Origin: Candidatus Omnitrophota bacterium
Lineage (GTDB): Bacteria > Omnitrophota > Gorgyraeia > JAGLLT01
Reading direction: 5' to 3'
DNA: 64,000 bases
Assembly: GCA_030632085.1 (NCBI GenBank)
Contig: DAOVJY010000001.1
Span: 2,125 to 66,124, forward strand
The notes beneath the pieces were generated by a model. That model saw nothing but the letters and a program-made list of their open reading frames with translations, was not told where the DNA came from and did not search any database. Positions 1 through 9,400 of this stretch are shown in pieces (position 1 is the stretch's first letter; every line of letters starts with the position of its first letter). A program made the translations under genes and the position numbers.

Positions 1-613
1 GATCCGAATGTAAGCATAGCGGCTTCCCTGCTCTTAACCATCTTAACGACTCAACTACAGCTCTTCTTCTTGGGCGAGCTGAAATAACATTAATACCGAC
101 ATTACGCATGACCTTTTTCCACATATCGGTCACTCCTTCATCGTCAGCAAACCTCATCACTAAAGTAAAAGGATATCCTTCTAAGCTCAGGCGAGATGTC
201 ATAATAGGAAAACTACCAAAATGAGCGCTAATACATATAAGTCCCTTACCTTTTTTTAACTCACTATCAAGGTGTTCGGCGCCTTCAATCTCAATTAAAT
301 CTTTTAACTTTTGATGTACATTTTTATCTAAAGCTAGCTTTATAATTTCCAGAGCTCCCCAAGTAATCTCACAATAGCTTTCAACGGCTATTTTCCGTAT
401 TTCAGAAAGAGTTTTTTCTTTAAAAGATTCTTTTAAATTATCAAGAGTAATCCTTCTGTATCTTGGCACAACCCAAAAGGCCAAATATCCCATAAATCTT
501 GAAAAGGGATAAAGTAGGCACTCCGGCAGCCATTTAATAATATCCATAGAGAATTTTATAAAATATCTACCGGCAACTCTTTCAAGCCTTCTTATTTTTT
601 CGTTTCGCTTCAT
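1..613 (-). CDS. Lipid A biosynthesis lauroyl/myristoyl acyltransferase (LpxL/HtrB-like), 3' part runs off window
   Basis: Manual minus-strand translation from ATG at 613: MKRNEKIRRLERVAGRYFIKFSMDIIKWLPECLLYPFSRFMGYLAFWVVPRYRRITLDNLKESF... This is the characteristic N-terminal region of LPLAT-superfamily Kdo2-lipid IVA acyltransferases. It is absent from the ORF track because it is truncated by the window edge. Confidence 0.55.
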   Translation of the reverse strand, partial: MKRNEKIRRLERVAGRYFIKFSMDIIKWLPECLLYPFSRFMGYLAFWVVPRYRRITLDNLKESFKEKTLSEIRKIAVESYCEITWGALEIIKLALDKNVHQKLKDLIEIEGAEHLDSELKKGKGLICISAHFGSFPIMTSRLSLEGYPFTLVMRFADDEGVTDMWKKVMRNVGINVISARPRRRAVVESLRWLRAGKPLCLHSD

Positions 614-676
614 TTATAACATCCTTTAAATTATATATAACACTATCAAGATAAATAAGTTAAGTCAATGACTAAA

Positions 677-1333
677 TCAGGCCATGAACCCTTTTTGCCT
701 AAGAAAGTCAATTGTAATCTTCGTATCTTTTTTACCGGGCGCATATGAATTACTTTTAGAAGCATTGATATACTTTGCGAGAATATCAAATTCCAGATTA
801 ACCTTATCTGCCCTTTTCGCGAACCGCAGAGTAGTAGCCATCATGGTTTGAGGCAGGGCGTTGAAAGTAAAAGAGCGATTATCAACGCTTGAAACAGTAA
901 GACTGATGCCATTTACCGCAATACTGCCCTTTTCTACAATAAGCTCCGCGAATTTATCGGGAAAACTTATGTTGAATACTGTCGCGTCATTTTTTTTGTT
1001 AATATTGGTAATTTCACCTAAACAGTCTACATGCCCGGTTACAAAATGTCCGCTAATTTTACTTGCGGCTTTAAGTGAAAATTCAATATTAACCATATCA
1101 AAAGCGCGCAAATTACATATATTTGTATCACTTAAGGTTTGCTTCATAGCATAAAAAGAAACCTGATTATCATTTATCGCGTTTACAGTTTGACAGACTC
1201 CATTTACGGCAATGCTTTCCCCTATTGATACCTCTTCGGATAATTTATCAAGCTTGACCGAAAATATTTTTTTATCAAGCGAATCCTTAACAAACCCTAC
1301 AGGGACAACCTGCTCAATAATGCCGGTAAACAT
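677..1333 (-). CDS. ribE: Riboflavin synthase alpha subunit
   Basis: Starts MFTGIIE, with an internal duplicated lumazine-binding half (GHVDCLG...), the classic riboflavin synthase signature. Last gene of the rib operon. Confidence 0.9.
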   Translation of the reverse strand: MFTGIIEQVVPVGFVKDSLDKKIFSVKLDKLSEEVSIGESIAVNGVCQTVNAINDNQVSFYAMKQTLSDTNICNLRAFDMVNIEFSLKAASKISGHFVTGHVDCLGEITNINKKNDATVFNISFPDKFAELIVEKGSIAVNGISLTVSSVDNRSFTFNALPQTMMATTLRFAKRADKVNLEFDILAKYINASKSNSYAPGKKDTKITIDFLRQKGFMA

Positions 1334-2442
1334 TAGATATAAGCCTCCATCATTATCTCTTTGCCTAAAATACTATAAGATACATTCTTTAATTCTATAG
1401 ACTCTTTCATTTTTTTCTTTAAACCGCAATCAATAGCTAACGCATCCCTATCAGCCAACAATTTTGGAGCTATAAAGAAAATAAATTTATCCGCCAATTT
1501 CCGCTTAATAAAAGAACATAATAGTTTAGGGCCGGCTTCAACAATAATATTCGCGATACCCATTCTACCTAATACTTTTATTATTTCATTAAGGGATAGC
1601 CCTTCCTTCGTTTCCTTAACCTTGATAATTTTCACATGCTTAAACTGAGTTATTTTTTTAAATTTTTTAAGAGCGGGTTTTTCAGATGTAAATATTATAA
1701 CTTCAGGGCAATTATTTTTAAGAATATGCGCCGTTAGGGGGACTTTTAACTTAGAATCCAGTAGAATTCTTCGAGGATTATTTTTTTTTGAATAAAGGCG
1801 GCAAGTCATTTTCGGATTATCACTTAGCACTGTACCGATACCCGTCAAGACAGCTCCTGTTTGATATCGTAATTTGTGCACAATTTTTCTACAGGCAAGA
1901 GAAGTTATCCACTTAGAATCACCTGTTTTCGCGGCCATCTTTCCGTCTAACGTTTGAGCAATTTTCAGTGTAATGAAAGGTATTTTATATTTAATAAATT
2001 TATCAATATCTTCATTTATTTTACTTGCTTCAGTTTCGAGAACTCCAATTTTTACCGCAATATCATTCTCGCTTAATATTTTGACACCTCTATTTCTATT
2101 AACCGGATTGGAATCAAGAGTAGCGATAACTACTTTTTTTATACCTGATTTAATAATTGCTTCAGTACAAGGAGGTGTTTTTCCGAATGTCCCGCATGGC
2201 TCAAGCGTAACATACATACACGCCCCCTGAGCGCGCTTACCGGCCTTATTTAGAGCGTTAACCTCGGCATGAGCTTCGCCGGCTTTTCTATGATAAGCTC
2301 TGGCGATAATTTTATTTGATTTAACTATCACAGCTCCCACGCTGGGATTGGGATATGTGAGCCCCTTAGCTTTTTTAGCCAGTCCTAGAGCTTGCCGCAT
2401 ATAATATTGATCATCAACTTTTTGCTTTGATTTGCCCGGCAT
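1333..2442 (-). CDS. ribD: Bifunctional diaminohydroxyphosphoribosylaminopyrimidine deaminase / 5-amino-6-(5-phosphoribosylamino)uracil reductase
   Basis: N-terminal CMP/dCMP deaminase zinc motifs (HAEVNAL, TLEPC) followed by a RibD C-terminal reductase domain. Confidence 0.9.
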   Translation of the reverse strand: MPGKSKQKVDDQYYMRQALGLAKKAKGLTYPNPSVGAVIVKSNKIIARAYHRKAGEAHAEVNALNKAGKRAQGACMYVTLEPCGTFGKTPPCTEAIIKSGIKKVVIATLDSNPVNRNRGVKILSENDIAVKIGVLETEASKINEDIDKFIKYKIPFITLKIAQTLDGKMAAKTGDSKWITSLACRKIVHKLRYQTGAVLTGIGTVLSDNPKMTCRLYSKKNNPRRILLDSKLKVPLTAHILKNNCPEVIIFTSEKPALKKFKKITQFKHVKIIKVKETKEGLSLNEIIKVLGRMGIANIIVEAGPKLLCSFIKRKLADKFIFFIAPKLLADRDALAIDCGLKKKMKESIELKNVSYSILGKEIMMEAYI

Positions 2443-2887
2443 CTATATCTCTTTTTATCTTATCAAGGATTCCGTTAACAAATTTACCGGATTCTTCATC
2501 CCCATATTTTTTAGCCAAATTAATCGCTTCATTTATGGAAACCTTAGCCGGAACTTCAGACTCATATATCAATTCATAGGCTGCCATGCGCAGAATATTC
2601 CTATCAACCGTTGCCATTCTTTTTAGCTGCCAATTCTGAGCACTTTTTGAGATTATGTCATCCAGAGTAGATATATTTTCAAGAGCACCCTTCATGAGAG
2701 AATTAGCAAAACTAGCAATGTCGTCCTCTACATCTTTTAAAGGCTCAAAGTCAAATATATTATTAGACCAATCATCATTTCTAATATCTTGCTGGTAAAG
2801 AAATTGCAAAGCTATCTCTCTCGCCTTAGTCCTCTTCCTCAATTTATCTCTCCTGGTATAAGTTTCAAGTATAAAGTCATAAGTCAC
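2414..2887 (-). CDS. nusB: Transcription antitermination factor NusB
   Basis: AREIALQFLYQ motif and ~150 aa size. The GTG start in the ORF track is encoded by the AC-rich repeat tract, so the true start is uncertain. Confidence 0.8.
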   Translation of the reverse strand: MTYDFILETYTRRDKLRKRTKAREIALQFLYQQDIRNDDWSNNIFDFEPLKDVEDDIASFANSLMKGALENISTLDDIISKSAQNWQLKRMATVDRNILRMAAYELIYESEVPAKVSINEAINLAKKYGDEESGKFVNGILDKIKRDIDAGQIKAKS

Positions 2888-3090
2888 AAGTCACAAACAA
2901 GAACTAAGAGCAAATAAAAAACAAACACCAATAATCAAATAGTTGTTTCTGTTTTAGTTTGGTTATTTGAATTTGGTCATTGGTTATTATTTGGTTATTG
3001 TATCTTGTATCTTGTATCTTGTGTCTTATGTCTTGCAACTTGTGTCTTATTTCTTGCGTCTTGTGTCCTGTGACTTATGACTTATTTCTT
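2876..3090. repeat. AC-rich arm (2876-2940) abutting a GT-rich arm (2941-3090): an imperfect large inverted repeat of the tract family
   Basis: aaacaccaataatcaaatag | ttgtttctgttttagtttggttatttgaatttggtcattggttattatttggttattgtatcttgtatcttgtgtcttatgtcttgc. Overlaps the annotated nusB start. Confidence 0.6.
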
Positions 3091-3180
3091 GCTTCTAACT
3101 TAATCCTTAGAGCTCACCATCAGTTTACTAACAGTGAGCGCCTTAATCCCTGTCCGCCTATGGCGGGCTTAATCCTGTTT
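3088..3180. repeat. Hairpin element D, copy 1, followed by a ccgcctatggcgg hairpin
   Basis: ttgcttctaacttaatccttagagctcaccatcagtttactaacagtgagcgccttaatccctgtccgcctatggcgggcttaatcctgtttt, between ribH and nusB. Confidence 0.65.
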
Positions 3181-3188
3181 TAGGATGT

Positions 3189-3653
3189 CTATATAAGCTT
3201 CTGTAAGTTTGCGAGTTCTATGGCACTCATAGCAGCTTGAAAACCTTTATTGCCTTCTTTGGCTCCGGCTCGATCAATAGCTTGTTCTAAATTTTCAGCC
3301 GTTATCACACCGAACGTTAAAGGTTTTTTACCTTTAAGCTGCAAAGCGGCAATACCTTTAGATACTTCAGAAGCCACATAATCAAAATGCGGAGTCTGCC
3401 CCTTAATAACCGCTCCCAGGCAAATTATAGCATCTTCATTGCCTTTTTCAACCAGTTTTGCCGCTACAAACGGAATCTCAAAAGAACCGGGCACCCAGAT
3501 AACTTTAATATCAGTTTCTTTAACGCCATGTCTCTTCAGGCAATCAAGCGCTCCATCAATAAGCCTGGATGTAATGAACTCATTAAACCTTGAAGCTACA
3601 ATAGAAAACTTACTTCCTTTGCCGATTAAATCCGCTGAAACTATCTTTACCAT
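3189..3653 (-). CDS. ribH: 6,7-dimethyl-8-ribityllumazine synthase
   Basis: MVKIVSADLIGKGSKFSIVASRFNEFIT... is canonical RibH. GGAGG RBS upstream. Confidence 0.9.
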   Translation of the reverse strand: MVKIVSADLIGKGSKFSIVASRFNEFITSRLIDGALDCLKRHGVKETDIKVIWVPGSFEIPFVAAKLVEKGNEDAIICLGAVIKGQTPHFDYVASEVSKGIAALQLKGKKPLTFGVITAENLEQAIDRAGAKEGNKGFQAAMSAIELANLQKLI

Positions 3654-3667
3654 GTTTTCCTCCTCGC

Positions 3668-3758
3668 GTTTTGTTTTTTTGTTCTTTACTTGTGTCTTAT
3701 TTCTTGTTTCTTATTTGTTTTTTTGCTTGTGACTGGTGACTTATAACTTATTTCTCTG
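3668..3758. repeat. CT/GT-rich degenerate tract forming the ribBA-ribH intercistronic spacer
   Basis: ttgtttttttgttctttacttgtgtcttatttcttgtttcttatttgtttttttgcttgtgactggtgacttataacttatttctc. Confidence 0.6.
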
Positions 3759-3759
3759 C

Positions 3760-4962
3760 TTACAGGTCCAATAAATGTCCTAATTTTTCTTTTTTTACCT
3801 TTAAATATTTATCATTATATGCAGTTGGTTTTATAACCAACGGAATTCTTTTTGTAATCACAAGGCCGTAACCTTCAAGTCCAACAACCTTTTTAGGGTT
3901 ATTAGTGATTAACTGTATTTTTTTAAGGCCTAAGTCGGCTAAAATTTGCGCGCCGGTACCATAATCTCTCAAGTCCGCTTTAAAACCGAGAGCTTCATTA
4001 GCCTCAACAGTATCTAACCCCTTATCTTGCAGGTGATAAGCTTTAAGCTTGTTAGCTAAACCTATTCCCCTTCCTTCCTGGCGCATGTACAAAAGAACAC
4101 CTTTTTTTCTTTTTTTAATCATATTTAATGACTTTTCCAGCTGCTGCCCGCAATCACATCTTCTCGAAAAAAGCACATCTCCGGTAAGGCATTCCGAGTG
4201 CACCCGCACCAGAACTTCACCGTTTAGTTTCCCCGTAGTCAGGGCAATATGCTCAAAATTATCAATAAGTGCCTTATAAAGATACATTTTAAAATTACCA
4301 AATTTAGTAGGTAGCTTTGTTTGAGTAAGGCGTACTACGAGTTTATCGCGCTTCATCCTGTATTTAATTAAATCTTTAATGGTGCAAATTTTTAATTTAT
4401 GTTTCGCGGCAAACTCTTTGAGTTCGGGCAAGCGGGACATTTCACCATTAGAACTCATAATTTCACATATAACACCGGCTGGGTATAATCCGCCAGCCTT
4501 CATTAAATCGATACAAGCTTCAGTATGCCCGGCTCTAAGTAAAACGCCGCCTTTTTTAGCTTTTAAAGGAAACATATGGCCCGGTTTAATTAAATCCTCA
4601 GGTTTGGTCTTAGGATTAATAAGCGCTTTAATGGTTCTTGCTCGATCAGCCGCCGATATTCCGGTAGTAACATTCTTTTTAGCATCAACAGAAATAGCCC
4701 AATCGGTTCTATAGGCATCCATTTCTCCCTGATGCGAAACATGCCTCATAGGAGGTATTTTCAATTCGTCAAGGCGATTAGCTTCCAAGGGCACGCAAAT
4801 AAGCCCCCTCCCGTAAGTTGCCATGAAATTTATATTATCTTTTGTGGCAAATTCGGCAGCTAAAATAAGGTCACCCTCATTTTCTCGGTCTTCATCATCA
4901 ACCACTATCACCATTTTGCCTTTTTTTAGGTCTTTAATGATATCTTCAATTTTATCTGGCAT
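3760..4962 (-). CDS. ribBA: Bifunctional 3,4-dihydroxy-2-butanone-4-phosphate synthase / GTP cyclohydrolase II
   Basis: 400 aa. DHBP synthase N-half and GTP cyclohydrolase II C-half (CxxC...C zinc motif CDCGQQL). First gene downstream of the FMN riboswitch. Confidence 0.9.
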   Translation of the reverse strand: MPDKIEDIIKDLKKGKMVIVVDDEDRENEGDLILAAEFATKDNINFMATYGRGLICVPLEANRLDELKIPPMRHVSHQGEMDAYRTDWAISVDAKKNVTTGISAADRARTIKALINPKTKPEDLIKPGHMFPLKAKKGGVLLRAGHTEACIDLMKAGGLYPAGVICEIMSSNGEMSRLPELKEFAAKHKLKICTIKDLIKYRMKRDKLVVRLTQTKLPTKFGNFKMYLYKALIDNFEHIALTTGKLNGEVLVRVHSECLTGDVLFSRRCDCGQQLEKSLNMIKKRKKGVLLYMRQEGRGIGLANKLKAYHLQDKGLDTVEANEALGFKADLRDYGTGAQILADLGLKKIQLITNNPKKVVGLEGYGLVITKRIPLVIKPTAYNDKYLKVKKEKLGHLLDL

Positions 4963-5015
4963 ATATTAATCCCTTTTATCCCACGAATAAAATTTGGCGC
5001 GCACTGCGCTCAATA

Positions 5016-5046
5016 AAAAAACCCGGAGTGGTCTCCGGGATATAAA
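5016..5046 (-). terminator. Intrinsic terminator hairpin, the expression platform of the FMN riboswitch
   Basis: Minus-strand cccggagaccactccggg stem followed by tttttttat, located between the riboswitch aptamer and the ribBA start. Confidence 0.55.
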
Positions 5047-5061
5047 TCAATACATTCTAAA

Positions 5062-5185
5062 CAAACCTTCTCTCATCTAGACTTTAACTATTGGCAACGG
5101 AATTTAACCGTTTCTGTCCGCATGAGGCGGACTCGTGGGCTTTTACCACCAGTTGGGAATCGCACCCATATCCCGAAGGCTGTAG
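5062..5185 (-). promoter_or_regulatory. FMN riboswitch (RFN element) aptamer
   Basis: Minus-strand sequence GGGTGCGATTCCCAACTGGTGGTAAAAGCCCACGAG...GGTTAAATTCCGTTGCCAATAGTTAAAGTCTAGATGAGAGAAGG matches the conserved RFN cores (GGGTGAAATTCCC / CGGTGGTA.AGCCC.CGAG / GGT.AAATTCC / AGTC..GATG.GAGAAGG). It lies directly upstream of ribBA. Confidence 0.75.
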
Positions 5186-5187
5186 GT

Positions 5188-5216
5188 ATAATATGTTATA
5201 ATCTTCAATCTGTCAA
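5188..5216 (-). promoter_or_regulatory. Putative sigma70-type promoter of the rib operon (TTGACA-17-TATTAT)
   Basis: Minus strand: TTGACA gattgaagattataaca TATTAT, ~8 nt upstream of the riboswitch. Confidence 0.35.
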
Positions 5217-5270
5217 TGGTTTTATTGTTTTTTTGTAGCTTGACTTTTTTGCGCGGCTTGTATACCATCA

Positions 5271-6449
5271 ATGGATATGACCGATAATAAATATAAAAAT
5301 ATAGCTGAGGAATTAAAGCGTGCCAAACACGAGCTTTTTCTTTTTTGTGAAATTAGCAATGCTATGCGCGCGTCATTAAAATTAGATCATATCCTTTACG
5401 CAATTTTAACCGGCGTAACGGCTAAAGAAGGATTAGATTTTGATAGGGCCTTTCTTTTCCTGGTCAGCGAAGACAAAAAAAAGCTTGTTGGTAAAATGGC
5501 TATTGGCCCTAAAAGCGGTCAAAAACCTGATAAAATATGGCATCAAATAAAACAGGAAAAGAAAAATTTAGGCGACCTGGTCCGGTCTTACGACCAGTTT
5601 AGCGGTAAACTTCACAAAGGGTTATCAAGTTTGGTGAGAAAAATCTCTATACCGCTTAATGAAGACGCGGGCATTCCGGTATTAACCGTCCTTGAGAACA
5701 TGCCCCATAAGGTTAAACTCACGACAGCGGCAAAAAAAGTAAATAAAGACTTCTTGGAAACTCTTCAGATATCTGACTTTATAGCCATGCCTCTTAGAGG
5801 TAAAAACGAAGTTCATGGTGTCTTGATAGCTGATAATCCAATTACAAAAAAGGCCATTGACAAAAACGACATAAGAATTCTTGGTTTATTCGCGAACCAA
5901 GCCGGCTTAGCAATTGATAACTCTAAGCATTATGAAGATACTAGAAAACTTACCGAGCTGGATTCGCTGACATTTTTATATAATCATGGAAAATTTCAAC
6001 AGCTCTTAAACGATGAAGTAAAGAAAGCTTTTAGATATAAAGGTAATTTATCACTTTTATTTATTGACATGGATAATTTTAAAAAATTTAATGACACGTA
6101 CGGCCACCAAGCGGGAGACGAGGTACTAAGGCAACTTTCCGGTATACTTAAAAAAAATGCCAGGACATCCGATATGATTGCCAGATACGGCGGTGAAGAA
6201 TTTGGTATAATATGCGTGCGTACAAAAAAAGAACATGCTTTAAAATTAGCGGAAAGAATAAGAAAAGCCGTTGAAGTTCATAATTTCCGCCTAAATAATC
6301 ACAAAACGAAACACAAGCTAACTGTGACTATTGGTATCTCAACCCTGCAACCACCTATCAGTGATAAAAATAGCCTAATCAAAAAAGCTGACCAGGCACT
6401 TTACAAAGGCAAAGATAAAGGAAGAAACACAATTGAAGCTTCAAGCTAG
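5271..6449 (+). CDS. GAF-domain diguanylate cyclase (GGDEF)
   Basis: C-terminal GGDEF domain with an RYGGEEFGI active-site motif; N-terminal GAF-like sensor region. Confidence 0.85.
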   Translation: MDMTDNKYKNIAEELKRAKHELFLFCEISNAMRASLKLDHILYAILTGVTAKEGLDFDRAFLFLVSEDKKKLVGKMAIGPKSGQKPDKIWHQIKQEKKNLGDLVRSYDQFSGKLHKGLSSLVRKISIPLNEDAGIPVLTVLENMPHKVKLTTAAKKVNKDFLETLQISDFIAMPLRGKNEVHGVLIADNPITKKAIDKNDIRILGLFANQAGLAIDNSKHYEDTRKLTELDSLTFLYNHGKFQQLLNDEVKKAFRYKGNLSLLFIDMDNFKKFNDTYGHQAGDEVLRQLSGILKKNARTSDMIARYGGEEFGIICVRTKKEHALKLAERIRKAVEVHNFRLNNHKTKHKLTVTIGISTLQPPISDKNSLIKKADQALYKGKDKGRNTIEASS

Positions 6450-9400
6450 GCAACTACCGCGGGCTCTTTCTCCTCTGACTCAATAAACTTAACTGAAACT
6501 ATTTTAGATATACCGGACTCTTCCATGGTGACCCCATACATAACGTCAGCCATGTCAATCGTCTTCTTGTTGTGCGTTATAATGATAAACTGAGAGCTTT
6601 TAATGAACTCACTCAAGACTCTGGTAAATCTAACCACATTTGCCTCATCCAACGGAGCATCTATTTCATCTAAAACGCAGAATGGACTAGGTTTAACCTT
6701 AAATACCGCAAACAACAAAGCTATAGCACAAAGAGCCTTTTCCCCGCCGGATAATAAACTTATGTTCTGAAGTTTTTTCCCTGGAGGCCTGGCAATAATC
6801 TCAATACCACTTTCTAAAACATTTCTTTCATCAACCAAATATATTTTCGCGCTGCCGCCGCCAAACAATAATTTAAAGAATTCTTCAAAAGTTACCTTAA
6901 TCTGCTCAAAAGTTTCTTTGAACATAGCCGTTGTGGTTTTGTTTATTTTGATAATTGCTTTATGTAATGATTCACGCGCGTCTTCAAGGTCTTGTTTTTG
7001 ATGGCTCAGAAAATCAAATCTATCCCGCAATTCCTGGTGTTCTTCTATAGCCACTAAATTAACAGCTCCCATGCCTTGCAATTTTTTCTTTAAAACATCA
7101 ACTTCTCTTTCAAGCTCATCCCAGTTAATATTATCCTCAAGCTGCAATTCAACCTTAGAAATATTAATCTGATAAGCGTTTTCAACTCTATCGCATAAAT
7201 TTTCTATTTTAAACGAAGATTCGGTATTTTTCACATCGTAAGTGTGTAAATTATTTCTTAAATTATTTAAGTCGTCCTGCTTTTTCCGTAAATTAATATT
7301 ATGCTCCTTAAGCGCGGTAAGTATATTGTTTCTCGCCAAACTCAATGATTGAATTTCGCTTTCAATACCGCTTTTACTTTGATCACATTGTTCATTGTCA
7401 AGCTTTAGCTTTTCAACCTCACATGTAAGTTCCGCTATCTTATGCACTGAAATACTTCTCTCATTGCGGTTATTTTCTAAAACCCCGTTAGACTCTTCAA
7501 TGGAATGCTCAACAACTCCGCACATATCCGCTTTATTGGCATATAACTTATCTATGGATGATAATTCAGTTTTAATCTGAGTAAGACTAACCAGAATATC
7601 CTGGATTTTTTGGTTGCTTTCTTTAATAACAGATTCGTTTTCTGAAATTAAAGCTTGCAGCACGACGCTTCTTTCCTTTGTTTCATGAAGCTTTTGCTCA
7701 TTTTCAATCTGTCTCCGGGAAAGTTTAGACCGCTCTTCTTGCGACTCTTGGGCTTCAGCGTCAATTAACAAAACTTCTTCTTCAAATTTCTTATGCTCAC
7801 CGTTAAGCGCGTTAAGCTTTGATTCAAAATTAGCCTTTTTAATCTCATCTTGATGAATAACATCTTCCAATGCCCTTATTTTGTCTTCCAGTAATTTTAT
7901 CTCTGTTTCTTTTTCAACTGTAAGTTTTTTCTTTTGTTCAACTTCAGTTGACTTAATTTTTAATTCATCCGCGAGTTTATTAATTCTAGCATCCCGCCCG
8001 ATAAGGCTGGTCTCCTCGGAAAGATTACAAGCTCCACCGGATATCCTTGCCAGAGAATAAATCTCACCCGCTTTAGTTATAATTCTTATTTTCGGAGATA
8101 ATTGACTATTCTTAAGTATGCTTTTTGCCTCAGAAGCGCTGTTAACTATATATGTATCTTTGGCAACGTATTTAATAATACCGCTATATCTTTCGTCAAC
8201 ATCAATAAAATCACATAAAGGGCCCAAGGTTTGCGCTTTCAAATTGGCGTCGGGCCGCAATTCAAGATGGTCAATTTTATCAAGTATAAGAAAATTAATA
8301 CGCCCAAGCCCCCCGGCATCAATATGCTCAATAGCTTCTTTTAGCCGCTCAACATTGTCAATAATAATATCCTGAGCATAGCTGCCTATGGCTATTTCAG
8401 CACAAATCTCATAACCATCCTTTACTTTTATCAAATTAGCTAAGGAATCACAAATCCCAACAAAAGGTAATTCTTGCGACTTAGCTTGCATGAGTAATGA
8501 TTTAACGGAATTTGAATAACCCTCGTATCTTTCTTTTAAATCTTTGAGAAAATCAAGTTTCGATTTTAAGGATGTCATTACATGCTGCAGTTCATCAATC
8601 TCGTTTTTTAATTTATTAAAAGCATTTCTGTCACTTTCCAGATTTTCCGATAAAGTTATCTTCTCTCTTTTAAGATCATCCAAATCGGTGTTTATGCGTT
8701 CATACTCCGCGTCTAAATTCTTCTTCCTTTCATCGATAAGCTCTTGCTCTTTTAATGTGTCATCTTTATCAATGTTCAATCTTCTTAGGCGAGAATTAAT
8801 ATTCTGGAGATTAGCCTTAAGCTCCACTAACTCGTTATTAAATTTAGTTTCTTCAGCCGCTAAATTAATTAACTCATCTTTACCTTCTTTAATCTCACGA
8901 GTTTTTTCTTCTACGCCTCGAGATAATTCATTTTGCGTTGTTTCAAACTCAGTTAACTTACTGTTTTTTTCAGTTGTGCTGCTTTCAATTTTCTCGAGTT
9001 CTTCTTTAGCCAGCTTTATTTGTTCATTTAATTTTGAAAGCTTCTCATCTGAAGCGCTGCTTTGCGTATCTAAATAGTTAATCCTGTCATTTAGCTCGGC
9101 GGAACGCTCTTTGTTCAAATCAATTTTTGATAAATTCTTCTCTAAGATTGAACTGACTTCAACTTTTTTTGAATGGAATCCGGATAAGCGTTCCTCAAAG
9201 TTATTAAGTTTTTGCCTGAGACTCTCGACCTGAGCATCCATCTCCTTTGTGCTACTCAAAAGAGCGGATTCTTTATCTTTAAGATCGCTTTTCCGGTTAT
9301 CGCTTGATAATCTTTGCTTTTTTAAATCAATAAATTTTCTATAAGCGGATTTAATTTCTAAACTTTTTAATGTTTCAAATTGCTCCTTATAACGCTCAGC

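Noticed and set aside
8544-9077. 177-aa plus-strand ORF inside smc. The same applies to many other 60-240-aa ORFs antisense to long genes, e.g. 39119-39844 within the RND gene, 42071-42526 and 42617-42949 within the MATE gene, and 12644-13051 within the ACAD gene.
   Set aside because: They lie entirely antisense within well-supported conserved genes, have low-complexity Ser/Leu-rich composition and no motifs. These are shadow ORFs.
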